This document shows positions 40,779-51,000 of a DNA stretch of 64,000 bases, in pieces. Below the pieces are notes generated by a model. It was not told the origin of the DNA, did not search any database, and saw nothing but the letters and a program-made list of their open reading frames with translations. Origin of the DNA: Planctomycetota bacterium (lineage in GTDB: Bacteria > Planctomycetota > MHYJ01 > WSZJ01). A program made the translations under genes and the position numbers. The stretch covers positions 96,001-160,000 of the forward strand of contig JBBTCT010000015.1 in the NCBI GenBank assembly GCA_038060895.1, written 5' to 3'. The first letter of the stretch is position 1. Each line of letters starts with the position of its first letter.

Positions 40779-41273
40779 TTATCCGGTCGAGGACCCTGAT
40801 TGTTCGGCGCGCCGTACTCGCGCTTCCCAGAGCCAGAGCGCGGCAGCGAGCGTGACAAACGCAGCGAACCAGACCGCGAATCCAGATCGAAGACCCGAGG
40901 GCCGGTCGAATCCCACGAGCAGCCGCCAATAAAGAATCTGCCCGACGCACACTGTCGCGACGATCGCCGGCCAGTAACGGCGCCCCCGGAAAGGCAGCAT
41001 CGGCAGACCGGGGACGAAGAGCATGACGATGTTGGGAATCGTGAGTGCGGCCGTCAGGGGGTCGATCCAACCGGGGTCCCGTTGGCTGAGGATCTTGAAG
41101 AAGGCCTCCGCGATGTATCGGGCGCAACGGTACCCGGACCAGGCGTCGCCAAAGACGTCGTTGGCTGGCAAGGCGAGGGCGACGAGAAAAATCACGAACG
41201 CAAACCATACGCCCCACGGCAGCGGGGGGCTGGGTGCGAGTTCCCCGGACGCTGCGTTTGGCGACTGATTCAT
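40779..41273 (-). CDS. Small membrane protein (paralog 2)
   Basis: LPWGV...LALPA...TIPN...PGLP...WPAI...GF.VW..AF; ATGA overlap with paralog 1. Confidence 0.75.
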   Translation of the reverse strand: MNQSPNAASGELAPSPPLPWGVWFAFVIFLVALALPANDVFGDAWSGYRCARYIAEAFFKILSQRDPGWIDPLTAALTIPNIVMLFVPGLPMLPFRGRRYWPAIVATVCVGQILYWRLLVGFDRPSGLRSGFAVWFAAFVTLAAALWLWEARVRRAEQSGSSTG

Positions 41274-41782
41274 GCCGGAGCCTGTAGGGTGGCAGCTCGT
41301 CGAACGCGGAGTTCCCACAGCCAGAGGGCACTCGCCAGGGTCACAAAGGAGGCAAGCCAGAACCAATACCCGAAAAGAATGCGCTCGGATGGGCCGTGCT
41401 TTGCGATGGCCCAGGACAGCACGTGAAGCGAGGCGACAGTAGCGGCTATGGCCGGCCAGAGCCGGCGCCGCGAGGGGCGAATCAACGGAAGTCCCGGAAC
41501 GCAGAGCATAAGGGCGTTGGGAATCGTGAACGAGGACTCCAGGAGGTCTTCGCCTTCCCCTTGGAGAACCCACCAGAAAAATGTCGCGGACCACTGGCCA
41601 CATTCCCAGCCCACGAACCGTTCTGCTCCCGAAGGCGCGCTGGCTGGCGGCGCGGTGAAGGTGCCCACTTCCCACGCCGGCATTGCAAGGGAGGCCAGGA
41701 AGACCACGAAGGCCGCCGCGACTCCCCAGGGCAGTCGCGGAAAGGGAGGTGGCACCAGCGTCTCTGCGGATTCCTCGCTCAC
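41270..41782 (-). CDS. Small membrane protein (paralog 1)
   Basis: Same motifs as 40779-41273; GTGA overlap with the AAA ATPase stop. Confidence 0.75.
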   Translation of the reverse strand: MSEESAETLVPPPFPRLPWGVAAAFVVFLASLAMPAWEVGTFTAPPASAPSGAERFVGWECGQWSATFFWWVLQGEGEDLLESSFTIPNALMLCVPGLPLIRPSRRRLWPAIAATVASLHVLSWAIAKHGPSERILFGYWFWLASFVTLASALWLWELRVRRAATLQAPA

Positions 41783-42939
41783 GCCTTCTTCCTGAACTCC
41801 TCGAACCGCTTCAAGTCGTCCTTCCCGACGCTCGGCTTCAGGGTCGCGAGCGCCTGCTGAAAAGCGGCGAGGCCCATCTCGCGGTCCGCGCCTTCTTCGA
41901 CAGAATCCTCGAACAGCTCCTCCTTCACCTTGCGCACGAGGTACGCGATGTCGGCGCCGCTGTACCCGTCGAGCCACTTGGCGAGCTCTCCGAGGTCGAG
42001 TCCGCCGGCGAGGGGGGCATCCTTGAGGTTCAGCTGGAGGATCTGGTGCCGCGCGGCGACGTCGGGGAGGTCGATGAAGATCTTTTCGTCGAAGCGGCCG
42101 GGACGCATGGCGGCGTAGTCGAGCGCCCACGGCTCGTTGGTGGCGCCCATGAACAGGATCGAGCGGTCATCCGATTTCCCGGCGAAGCCGTCCATTTCGC
42201 CGAGGATCGAAGGGACGAGGCGCTGCATGACGTTGGATTCCTGGTCGCGGCGCGACGGGAGAAGGGACTCGATTTCGTCGATGAAGACGATGGAGCGGCC
42301 CAGTTCGCGGGCCTCGGCGAAGAGGTTGGAGATGTTCTTCTCGGCCTCGCCGACCCATTTCGAAAGGATGCGCGACGGGGTGACGACGAAGAACGTCGCG
42401 TCGAGCTCGGCGGCGACGGCGCGGGCCATCATCGTCTTGCCGGTGCCGGGCGGGCCGTAGAGCAGGATGCCGCCGCCCTTCTGGACGCCGTACTTCTTCG
42501 CCTTCTCGGCATGCGTGAAGGGGTAGATCATTTTGATGCGGATCTGCTTCTTGGCTTCCTGCAGTCCGGCGATGTCGTCGAATTTCACCTTGGGTTTTTC
42601 GCGGACGATCCAGTCGCCGGCCTTGCCGGTCTTCTTCTTCGCGCCCTCGGCGGGCGCCGCTTCACGCCGCGGTCCGCCCTCGTCGTCGCCGCCGCCCTGG
42701 GTCTCGCCCTCGGCGTCGGCCGAGGGGGGCATGCTGCGGGCCACGTCAACGAGGTCGCGCGCGTTCTTGAGCCGCGTCTCCTTCAGCTTCCCGTCGGACA
42801 TGGTCGCGAGCCGCATGAGGTATTCGGCGGCGCGCAGCAGCTGGTACCGCGCCTCCTTCGAATTCCCGGCGCGGCGGGCGGTGAGGCCGATCGCCTTGTG
42901 GTGCTGGAAGCGATCGAGGTAGAACTCTGCGGAGGGCAT
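41779..42939 (-). CDS. Single-domain AAA+ ATPase with MIT-like N-terminus (Vps4/CdvC-like)
   Basis: IVREKPKVKFDDIAGL, YGPPGTGKT, SKWVGEAEK, FIDEIE, ATNEPW, C-terminal KPSVGKDDLKRFEEF. Confidence 0.85.
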   Translation of the reverse strand: MPSAEFYLDRFQHHKAIGLTARRAGNSKEARYQLLRAAEYLMRLATMSDGKLKETRLKNARDLVDVARSMPPSADAEGETQGGGDDEGGPRREAAPAEGAKKKTGKAGDWIVREKPKVKFDDIAGLQEAKKQIRIKMIYPFTHAEKAKKYGVQKGGGILLYGPPGTGKTMMARAVAAELDATFFVVTPSRILSKWVGEAEKNISNLFAEARELGRSIVFIDEIESLLPSRRDQESNVMQRLVPSILGEMDGFAGKSDDRSILFMGATNEPWALDYAAMRPGRFDEKIFIDLPDVAARHQILQLNLKDAPLAGGLDLGELAKWLDGYSGADIAYLVRKVKEELFEDSVEEGADREMGLAAFQQALATLKPSVGKDDLKRFEEFRKKA

Positions 42940-42978
42940 GCGGTGATTGTACACGCGACGGTCCGGCCCGCGGGCGCC

Positions 42979-45900
42979 TCAGGGAGCGGCGCGAAGTCGG
43001 CGAAGAGGCTCTACGACTTCCGCGGGCGGATTCTCAAGCCAGCCCAGCGACGCCGCGCGATCCAGCGCTTCCCGCGCCAGTTCCGCGCCCCCGATCGCCG
43101 CCGCGGTCGCGACGAGGATCTCCGCCGCCTTTGTGAGCACGTCCGGGCGGTCTCTTCCCGTCGCGTCGCAGTCGCGGAGGCAGTCTCTCGCCGCGGCCAG
43201 GGCTTCGTCATCACGGCCGAGTGCCTGCTGGCTCCGCGCGCAGGTGAGCAGCGAGGAAGCTCTCCCCGCGGTGTTCGAGGCCCTGGCGTAGCCTTCGGCC
43301 GCCGCACGCGCCACGGACAGCGCTTCCTCCGGCCTCCCGAGCTCCAGCAGCATCATGGCGGCGTTGCTGCGGAAGGTCGCTTCGCCGTCCAGGTCGCCCG
43401 CCCGCCGGGCTCGCTCCGTGGCCTCGCGATAGGACGCGAGAGCGCCGGCGTGATCGCCCTGGTTGTGGGCGAGGTGCGCCCGCGCGTTCAGGACGCTGAG
43501 CAGGCCGCGTTCGTCTTCCTGCGCTTCGAGAATCACGGTCGCTGCGTCGAGGCAGGCCTCTGCGGCCGGCGCGTCGTTGCGACGCACGTGGACCGAGCCC
43601 TTCTCGTAAAGCGCCATTCCCAGCGTTCGCGATACCCCCGCCGAACGGGCGAGCGCTTCGCACTGGGTGAACAGGTCGAGAGCGCCGTCGAGGTCGCCGA
43701 GGTGCTTGCGGATGACGCCCCGGTCCAGCAGGGTCATGACGACTCCTTCACGGTTTCCCGACCGACGGAACTCAATCTCGGCGCGCGCCAGCTGCGCTTC
43801 CCCCTCCGCGCGGCTTCCGGCGAACGCGCGACGCTGGCCGGCGGAAGCGGCCATTCGGGCGGCGCCGACGGCGTCGCCGAGGGAGCGGAAGATGCGCTCG
43901 GCCTCGTCGAGGGCGCCGGAGGCGGATTCGAATTCGCCGAACATGGAGTAGATGTTGGCGCACGTGCCGAGGACGCGGGCGATGACCCACGGGTCGCCGG
44001 ACGCCCGTGCGCCGCGGAGCGCCTCGTCGGAGGCGGCGACGGTGGCGGCGCGGTTCCCTTTGCGCAGGTACTGCATCGCGGCGGACGCCTGCGCCATCGC
44101 GGCCGTCCGGACGTCGCCCTCGGCCCGCGCCAACGCGAGAGATTCCTCCCGCAGAGCCAGCGAACCCCGCACGTCGCCCCTTCCGGCGAGCACGTTCGCG
44201 GCGATGGTGAGGGCGACGAGAAGGGTGGCCGGATGCGCGAGATCCCGGGCTTTTTCGAGCGCCGCTTCCGACTCCCGCGTCGCGCGCGCGCCTTCGCCGG
44301 TGTCCCAGAGCGCTTCGGCAAGGCGGGCCTGGAGGAGGACGGATTCCGGGGGAGAGGCGTGGGCGAGTGCGGCCTCGAGGCGAGGGACGCGCTGGTCCCA
44401 CGGGCCGCGGAGCATGAGAAGTGCTGCGCAGGCGAGGGTCAGCCGCGAGGACGCGACCGAGTTGCCTGCCGACCGGGCGCGGCCGGAGGCGGCGAAGAGA
44501 TTGTCGCGCTCGAGGTCGAGGGCGTCGAAAGCCTCAAGCGCGCGCGCGGTGGGGATGCAGGCGGCCCAGCGTTCCGCCCAGGAGAGGAAGTGCGAGGTGA
44601 AGCGGCGGTCGAGCGCGCGTTTCTCGGGCTCCGCCGCGTGGTCCTGCCACCAGGCTTCGCCGAATTCGCGGAGGGCCACGTAGACATTGAAGCGCAGCCC
44701 GGACTTCGATTCGGATCCGCGCAGGAAGCTGCGTTCGCGAAGGCGCTGGACCACGTCCATCGCGGCGGGGGCAGCGGGGAAGGACGCGAGGTCGAGCACC
44801 GCCTCGGCCGCCTCGAGATCGAATCCGCCGCGGAAGACGCAGATCTGCGCGAAAGCGCTTCGCTCCCAATCCTCCAGCAGGCCCCAGCTCCATTCGATGG
44901 CGCCGGCGAGCGAGCGCTGGCGGGAGGGGAGGTCGCGGCGCGTGGAGACGAGAAGCCGGAACTTGTCGGCGAGGCGGGCGACGATCTGAGCGGGCGAGAG
45001 GACGCGGACGCGGGCGGCGGCGAGCTCGAGGGCGAGCGGCATGCCGTCGAGCTCGGCGCAGAGCGCGGCGACGTCGGAGGCGTTCGCGGGCGTCAGGGCA
45101 AACTTCGGGTCGGCTTCCAGCGCGCGCTCGAGGAAGAGCCGAACGGCGTCGTGCGCGGCGACGTCCGCGACGGTCGGCGGAGTGCCGGGGCGGGCGGGCG
45201 ATGAAAGCGGCTCGAGGGCGATCTCGCGTTCGCCGGCGACGCCAAGGAGGAATCGCGACGTCGCGAGGACGCGCAGCTTCGGCGCGCGGCGCAGCCACGC
45301 CCCGACGGTCGCGGGCGCCGCATCGACGACCTGTTCGAAATTGTCGAGGATGAGGAGCAAGGGCTTGCGCAGTTCGAGGACGTCGCCCATCGCTTCCTCG
45401 GGCGGGCAGCAGCCGGTGAGCGGGACGTGCAGGGCCGCCGCGACCGCCTGGGCGACGCCGGCGGCGTCGCGCGCCTCCGTGAGGTCCGCGAACCAGACAC
45501 CGTCGGGGAAGCGATCGAGCAGGTCGGCGCCGAGGCGGAGGGAGAGGCGGGTCTTACCCGTGCCTCCGGGGCCGGTGAGCGTGACGAGCCGGACGCCGTC
45601 GGTGGCAAGCAGAACGGCGACCTCTTCGAGTTCGCGCTCCCGGCCGACAAAGGAATTCGCCGGGAATGGAAGATTCGTGGCGGCGACGGAGAGGGTGTTC
45701 GGCGGCGGGAAGCGGCGCGTGGCGAGGGAGGCGGGAAGGATGGACCAGAGGCGCTCGGGGCGCTCGATCCCGCGGAGGCGATGGTCGCCGATGTCCGCGA
45801 GGACTGCCCCGCTCAGCGCCTCGCCCGCGGCTCGCAGCAGTGCTTCCGACACGAGCACCTGCCCGCCGTGCGCGGCCTGGGCGATCCGCGCCGCCCGGTT

Positions 45901-46260
45901 GACGACCGGCCCCAGGTAGTCGATGCGGCCGGAGGCCTCTTCGACGACGAGCGGTTCCCCGAGGTGAATGCCGATCCGCACGCGGACTTCGCCGACGTCC
46001 GCGGGCCACTTTTCGCGGGACAACGCTTCCTGCGCGGCCAGGGCGAAACGCGCCGCCTGGGAGGCGGAAGCGAACGCGACCATGAAGGAGTCGCCCTCGG
46101 TCTTGACCTCGAATCCGTCGCAGTCGGCAAGGGCGGCGCGCATGATGGCGTTGTGGCGGGCGAGGGCGCCGGAGAACTTCTCGCCATGCCGCTCCCAGTG
46201 GGTGGTCGAGCCTTCGATGTCTGAGAAGGCGAGCGCGACGGTGCCACGGGGGGCGGGCAT
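42979..46260 (-). CDS. Class III adenylate cyclase-STAND ATPase-TPR protein (Rv0386-like architecture, full length)
   Basis: FSDIEGST, KTEGDSF, DYLGPVVNRAAR; GPGGTGKT; LDNFEQ; GMPLALELAA; TPRs. Confidence 0.92.
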   Translation of the reverse strand: MPAPRGTVALAFSDIEGSTTHWERHGEKFSGALARHNAIMRAALADCDGFEVKTEGDSFMVAFASASQAARFALAAQEALSREKWPADVGEVRVRIGIHLGEPLVVEEASGRIDYLGPVVNRAARIAQAAHGGQVLVSEALLRAAGEALSGAVLADIGDHRLRGIERPERLWSILPASLATRRFPPPNTLSVAATNLPFPANSFVGRERELEEVAVLLATDGVRLVTLTGPGGTGKTRLSLRLGADLLDRFPDGVWFADLTEARDAAGVAQAVAAALHVPLTGCCPPEEAMGDVLELRKPLLLILDNFEQVVDAAPATVGAWLRRAPKLRVLATSRFLLGVAGEREIALEPLSSPARPGTPPTVADVAAHDAVRLFLERALEADPKFALTPANASDVAALCAELDGMPLALELAAARVRVLSPAQIVARLADKFRLLVSTRRDLPSRQRSLAGAIEWSWGLLEDWERSAFAQICVFRGGFDLEAAEAVLDLASFPAAPAAMDVVQRLRERSFLRGSESKSGLRFNVYVALREFGEAWWQDHAAEPEKRALDRRFTSHFLSWAERWAACIPTARALEAFDALDLERDNLFAASGRARSAGNSVASSRLTLACAALLMLRGPWDQRVPRLEAALAHASPPESVLLQARLAEALWDTGEGARATRESEAALEKARDLAHPATLLVALTIAANVLAGRGDVRGSLALREESLALARAEGDVRTAAMAQASAAMQYLRKGNRAATVAASDEALRGARASGDPWVIARVLGTCANIYSMFGEFESASGALDEAERIFRSLGDAVGAARMAASAGQRRAFAGSRAEGEAQLARAEIEFRRSGNREGVVMTLLDRGVIRKHLGDLDGALDLFTQCEALARSAGVSRTLGMALYEKGSVHVRRNDAPAAEACLDAATVILEAQEDERGLLSVLNARAHLAHNQGDHAGALASYREATERARRAGDLDGEATFRSNAAMMLLELGRPEEALSVARAAAEGYARASNTAGRASSLLTCARSQQALGRDDEALAAARDCLRDCDATGRDRPDVLTKAAEILVATAAAIGGAELAREALDRAASLGWLENPPAEVVEPLRRLRAAP

Positions 46261-46316
46261 GGGCCGATTATGACATGGCTCCCGGAAGCAGGCGGGAAAC
46301 AGCGGTGCGGCGCCTG

Positions 46317-47162
46317 CTATTCCAGGTCGACATCCAGCGCGTAGGTATCGTCTTCGTCGTGGTCGGACCCGGACCCCCGGATGCGGATGTAATAGAAGCC
46401 GGTGTAGGGCGCGTCGAAATTCACGTGGTCGACCGCCGTGCCGCTGTTGGAGGACATGTCGATCAGGCCGCCGCCGTCGTCGTACACCTCGACGTCGTAA
46501 TCGTCGGGGAGGCCGGAGAGGAGAACGTCCACGTTGAAGCCGTTGTCCTGCCAGAACGAAAACCAGTCCTCGTCGCCGTCCTCGTGAATGGTCGCGTTGA
46601 GCGCGTAGAAAGCGTCCGGGCCGCCGAGGTAGTGGGACTGCCAGTCGTCGTCGTTCGGCTCGAACTCGTCGAGCACGAGGAGCGACGGGCCTGAGAACAC
46701 GACAATGTTGTCCGACTCGTTCGACTCCGAAACCACGTGGGTCGCGTCGATGATCGCGCCGACGTAGTAGCGCCCGGGAGGAATGTCGGGGAAGGAGACC
46801 AGCAGATCGGCGTTGGCCCATTCGCCGGCCCACAGCGAGCCCACGTAGACCGAGCCGATCTTCCAGTCCGAGGTTGTTATGGAGGAATTTTCGGAAGCGT
46901 AGAAGTCCACCCAGAATCCGCCGGACCAGTCGTCACCGTCGTTCTCGACGTCGGTTCCGATGCTGTAGAGGTACCCGGGGACCGCCGTGTCGTCGTCGTG
47001 GTGCCCGCCGTCGTCGTGCAGGTTCGGGTCGTCGTGAGAGTCGTGATGGTCGCCGCCGTCATAGTCGTCGTGGTCCCGATGCGGCCGGCAGCCGGAGAGC
47101 GCCAACCCGGCAAACAGCCCCGCGACCAGGATGGCCAGAACACGCGTCTTAAAGGAGTTCAT
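46317..47162 (-). CDS. Lipoprotein with His/Asp-rich linker, CARDB-like and PPC-like domains
   Basis: LALSGC lipobox; VSESNESDN; DEFEPND...DEDWF...YYIRI. Confidence 0.8.
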   Translation of the reverse strand: MNSFKTRVLAILVAGLFAGLALSGCRPHRDHDDYDGGDHHDSHDDPNLHDDGGHHDDDTAVPGYLYSIGTDVENDGDDWSGGFWVDFYASENSSITTSDWKIGSVYVGSLWAGEWANADLLVSFPDIPPGRYYVGAIIDATHVVSESNESDNIVVFSGPSLLVLDEFEPNDDDWQSHYLGGPDAFYALNATIHEDGDEDWFSFWQDNGFNVDVLLSGLPDDYDVEVYDDGGGLIDMSSNSGTAVDHVNFDAPYTGFYYIRIRGSGSDHDEDDTYALDVDLE

Positions 47163-47368
47163 GCTCCCCTCCGAAGAAGTGACCCATTCCCCGTGGACAG
47201 TTGTCCACTTTCGCGGACGGCATGGGCCGTCCGCGCGGGGTAACGGGCAAGACCCGCAAAGATCGCGCCAATTCCTGCGTCGCTGATCGCACTCAGGCCG
47301 GGCCTCCTTGCGCGGGGGAGCGTCGTTTCCCACTGCCCTCAGCCCGCCTTCGCGCTAAGATCCCACCC

Positions 47369-48025
47369 ATGCGAAGCCTTGAAAACCTTCTCCGCAAGAA
47401 CCGCGAATGGGCCGCGCAGAAGAAAAAGGACGACCCCGAGTTCTTCGCGAAGCTCCAGTACACGCAGAACCCGGAATACCTCTGGATCGGCTGCTCCGAT
47501 TCGCGCGTGCCTTCCAACGAGATCGTGGGCCTCCAGCCCGGCGAACTCTTCGTCCACCGCAACATCGCCAACGTCGTCGTCCCCAGCGACCTCAACTGCG
47601 CTTCCGCAATTCATTACGCGGTCGAAGAGCTGAAAGTGAGGCACATCATCGTCTGCGGCCACTACGGCTGCGGCGGCGTCAAGGCGGCGCTGGACAACGT
47701 CGAAGCGGGCCTCGCGGAAAACTGGCTCATGCATATCCGCGAAGCGCACGAGGCGCACTTTGAAGAGCTGGAAGTCATCGCCTCGTACGCGGACAAGTTC
47801 CGCCGGCTCTGCGAGATCAACGTCCTCGAGCAGGTCCGAAACGTCGGCCGGATGCCGGTCGTCCGCAAGGCGTGGAAAGGAAAGCGCGACCTGACCGTGC
47901 ACGGCTGGATCTATGGCATCGAGGACGGCCTGATCCACGACCTGCATCTGAAGGCGAGCGGGGAAGCGGAAGCCGCGGCGATGAAAAAGCTCGAGAAGGG
48001 GCGGTTCAGGTCGCGAAGGGACTGA
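47369..48025 (+). CDS. can: Beta-class carbonic anhydrase
   Basis: WIGCSDSRVP, FVHRNIAN, CGHYGCGG, HGWIY. Confidence 0.96.
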   Translation: MRSLENLLRKNREWAAQKKKDDPEFFAKLQYTQNPEYLWIGCSDSRVPSNEIVGLQPGELFVHRNIANVVVPSDLNCASAIHYAVEELKVRHIIVCGHYGCGGVKAALDNVEAGLAENWLMHIREAHEAHFEELEVIASYADKFRRLCEINVLEQVRNVGRMPVVRKAWKGKRDLTVHGWIYGIEDGLIHDLHLKASGEAEAAAMKKLEKGRFRSRRD

Positions 48026-48070
48026 GTCTGACTTGCACCGCTGACAAGTCGGTCTTACAAGCCTGCCGAT

Positions 48071-51000
48071 TCAGGCCCACCGCTTGTTTCGCAGCATCCA
48101 ATCGGTCAGGGACTTTCCAATTTTGTCCGCGGCTGCGCAGGCGCGCATCGCTTCAGCCCCCGGCTTGTCGCCGCGCGCCGAGAGAATCATCGCCGAAGCC
48201 ACCGCGAGGGGAGCGTGCAGTTCCCCGGGTTGCCGGTCCAGCCAACGCACAAACCCGGCGCCGGGCGCCTTTCCGGCGAGCGCTTCGGACGGCGCTTTCC
48301 AGTCCGCAACTTTCTCGCTTCGCTCGTGGAGGATCCCGAGGGCCTTCGCCGTCGAGAGCATCGAGTTTGCCGTGAGCGTGGCCAGGAGCAGGCCCAGGTA
48401 GTGATGCGGAGTCGTGCCGGGCGACAGATCCGCGCCCAGGAGTTTCTGCGCACCCGACCAATTTCCCTGCGCGCAGGACAAAAGCGTGCGCCAGTGGCGG
48501 ATTCGGAAGGCCGCCAGGCTCTTCGGCTCCATGGACGCTGCCACCGAGGCGAGCAGCGCTTCCGCTTCGCCGATGTTGCCGCCGCCGAGCAGGGATTCCG
48601 TGAGCCAGAGGACGAGGCGCACGCGGTCGTCGTCGTTGAGCCCCTCGGTGAGCCCGAGCGTTTTTTCCAGGTGGCCGCGCACCGCCGGGGCGTTTTCCTT
48701 CGGCAGGTCGAGACGCGCGAGCGCGGCGTGGCATTCCATGCGCAGTTCGATGCGCTGCTTGTGGGCGTCGAGGAGCGCCATCGCTTCCTGGCGAACCTTG
48801 TCGGGTCCGGCCACGGCGGACATGCGCAGGAAGTCGGCGCAAACCTGGGCGGTTTCGTGCGGCATCAGTCCGGGGACGGTCAGCATCTGCATGTACAGGT
48901 CGCGTGCGGCCGCGGGAGACTCTCGCTCCGCCTGCTCCAGGACCCCGTTCGCCATCGCCCGCAGCTCGAGCCGCGCCGGGTCGCCGCGGTGCTTTTCCAT
49001 CCCCTGCAGCAGCACCGCCCACATCTCCTTCCCCTTGCCTTCCTTCTGGCGGATCTTCGCCTGGCCCAGCACTCCCAGCGCCTCGTAGCCCGTCCCCTCG
49101 AGAAGTTTCAGGTCCGCCTGCGCTTCGGGAAGCTCTCCCATCTCGATCGAGCACTGCGCCGCCTTGAAGCGCGCGATCACGCCCTCGCTCCGGTCGGCGT
49201 GCGCTTCCGCCATGTCGCGGTAGAGCATCCGCGCTTCCTTCATCTGCCCCATGGAGAGGACTTTGTCGGGGAGGGCGAGGAAGTCGAGCTGAAGCGGCGG
49301 GCCATGGGATTCGACCGTGACGGAGGCGAGGGAGACGCCGGAGGACTCGGTGGAGACGGCGAGGCGGTCGCCGCGCATGGGGAAGACTTCGCGGTGGTCG
49401 ATGGCGAGCTGGTCGTCGATGAAGAGCCGGAGACGCGGGCCTTCGCGGACGATTTCGGCGCGGTGTTCGAGGCCGGCGTCGAGCGGGATGTCGAGCCGCC
49501 GCGCGACGATGGCGCCGTTACGGAGGAACTCGACGCGGCCGCGTTCGCCGGTGAGGAGGCGGAAGAGGTAGCCCTCGGGAGACGAGAGCGACGGAACGGC
49601 GAGCCAGACGCCGGTGTCGAGGGACGTGCGGTCCTTCGACGGGACGATCGTGGCCTTGAACCTGACGTCGCCGCCGAGCCGCCCGCGATGGAACGCTTTC
49701 GATTTCACGCCCGGGCCGCTTCGCAGCCGGCCCTCCTGCGTGTCCCATGCGCCGCCCGTGGACTGCCAGCCGTCCTCGCGAGGCTGCCACGGAACGCGCC
49801 CGTCGAGATACGCCTCGACTTCGTGGGCGAGTTCGCGGGCCGTAGGGAAGCGCGCTTCGGGTTTGAGGCTGAGGGCTTTCATGGCCATCTGGCAAAGCGC
49901 CTTGGGGAGCCCGCGGACGCCGGCGCGTTTTTCCGGCGGGATGATCTGTCCCGCGACGGTCTTGGCGAGGATTTCCTGGACGCCCCGGCCGTCCACCGGG
50001 AGGCGCTTCGTCAGCATCTGGTAGAGGATGGAGCCGAGGGCGTAGACGTCGCTCGCGGGGCCCGCCGGATCGGCGTTGGCCTGCTCGGGGGACATGTAGC
50101 CCGGGGTTCCCTTGATGGTGCGCACGGCGGTGCGCTTCTGCGATTCGCCACCGGGCTCGCGAGCGAGAAGAGCGGCGCTTGCGGGGGCGAGCATCTCGTG
50201 CTCGGCCCGCTCGTCGGGCATGCGCGCGAGGCCCCAGTCCATCACGACGACTTCGCCGAACTCGCCGATCATGATGTTGGCGGGCTTGACGTCGCGGTGC
50301 ACGACGCCGTGGTGGTGCGAGAAGCCGATGGCCTCGCAGGTGCGCTTGAAGATGTCGAGAAGAGCCGGAAGCGTGTAGCGCTCGACGGCGGCTGGAATTT
50401 CCTCGCGGAGGTCGTTGAGGATGTCCTCGAGCGATTTCCCCTCGACGACTTTCATCGTGTACCAGAGGCCGAAGTCGGGGTCCTTGCCGACCTGGTAGAT
50501 GGGGACGATGCCCGGGTGGCCCAGGCGGCCGGTGACGACGGCTTCGTCGAGCAGCCGGTGCATGAGCAGCAGTTCGTGAACGTCCTTCGGCTTGAGGACT
50601 TTCAGGGCGACTTCGCGGCCGAGGACCGGCTCCTTCGCGAGGAACACTTTCCCCATGCCGCCGCTTCCGAGAATCCCGGTAATCTCATGCCCGGCGATCT
50701 TGCCCGGCAGGAGGTCGCGCATGGCGGCTGGAAGGACGGAGGCAGGGCGCAGCGCTGCGACGGAGGGAGGAGTGGACTTGTTGGTGGCGGGGTGCGGAGC
50801 GGCCGGGCGCGGACGCGGCACCTCGGAGATGGCGGCGAGTTCGGGATATTCGGGAATCGGCGCCGCGGCCGCCTGTTCCGCGACCTCCCCGGCGGCCGGC
50901 GGGGCGGGAGGCGCCTCCGGCGCGGGAACCGGCGCCGCTTCCGTCTGCATCTCCGAGCGCTTCAGCGTCTCCGTCGGCGCGGCGATCTTGGACTCGACCG

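Noticed and set aside
42979-46260. Second cyclase as partner of the stand-alone TPR genes
   Set aside because: It is full length with its own WHD and TPRs, and belongs to a different STAND subfamily lacking the FRH motif.
47369-48025. Carbonic anhydrase supplying bicarbonate to the soluble-AC-type cyclase
   Set aside because: It lies about 23 kb from that cyclase, and the nearby cyclase is a different type; there is no sequence support.
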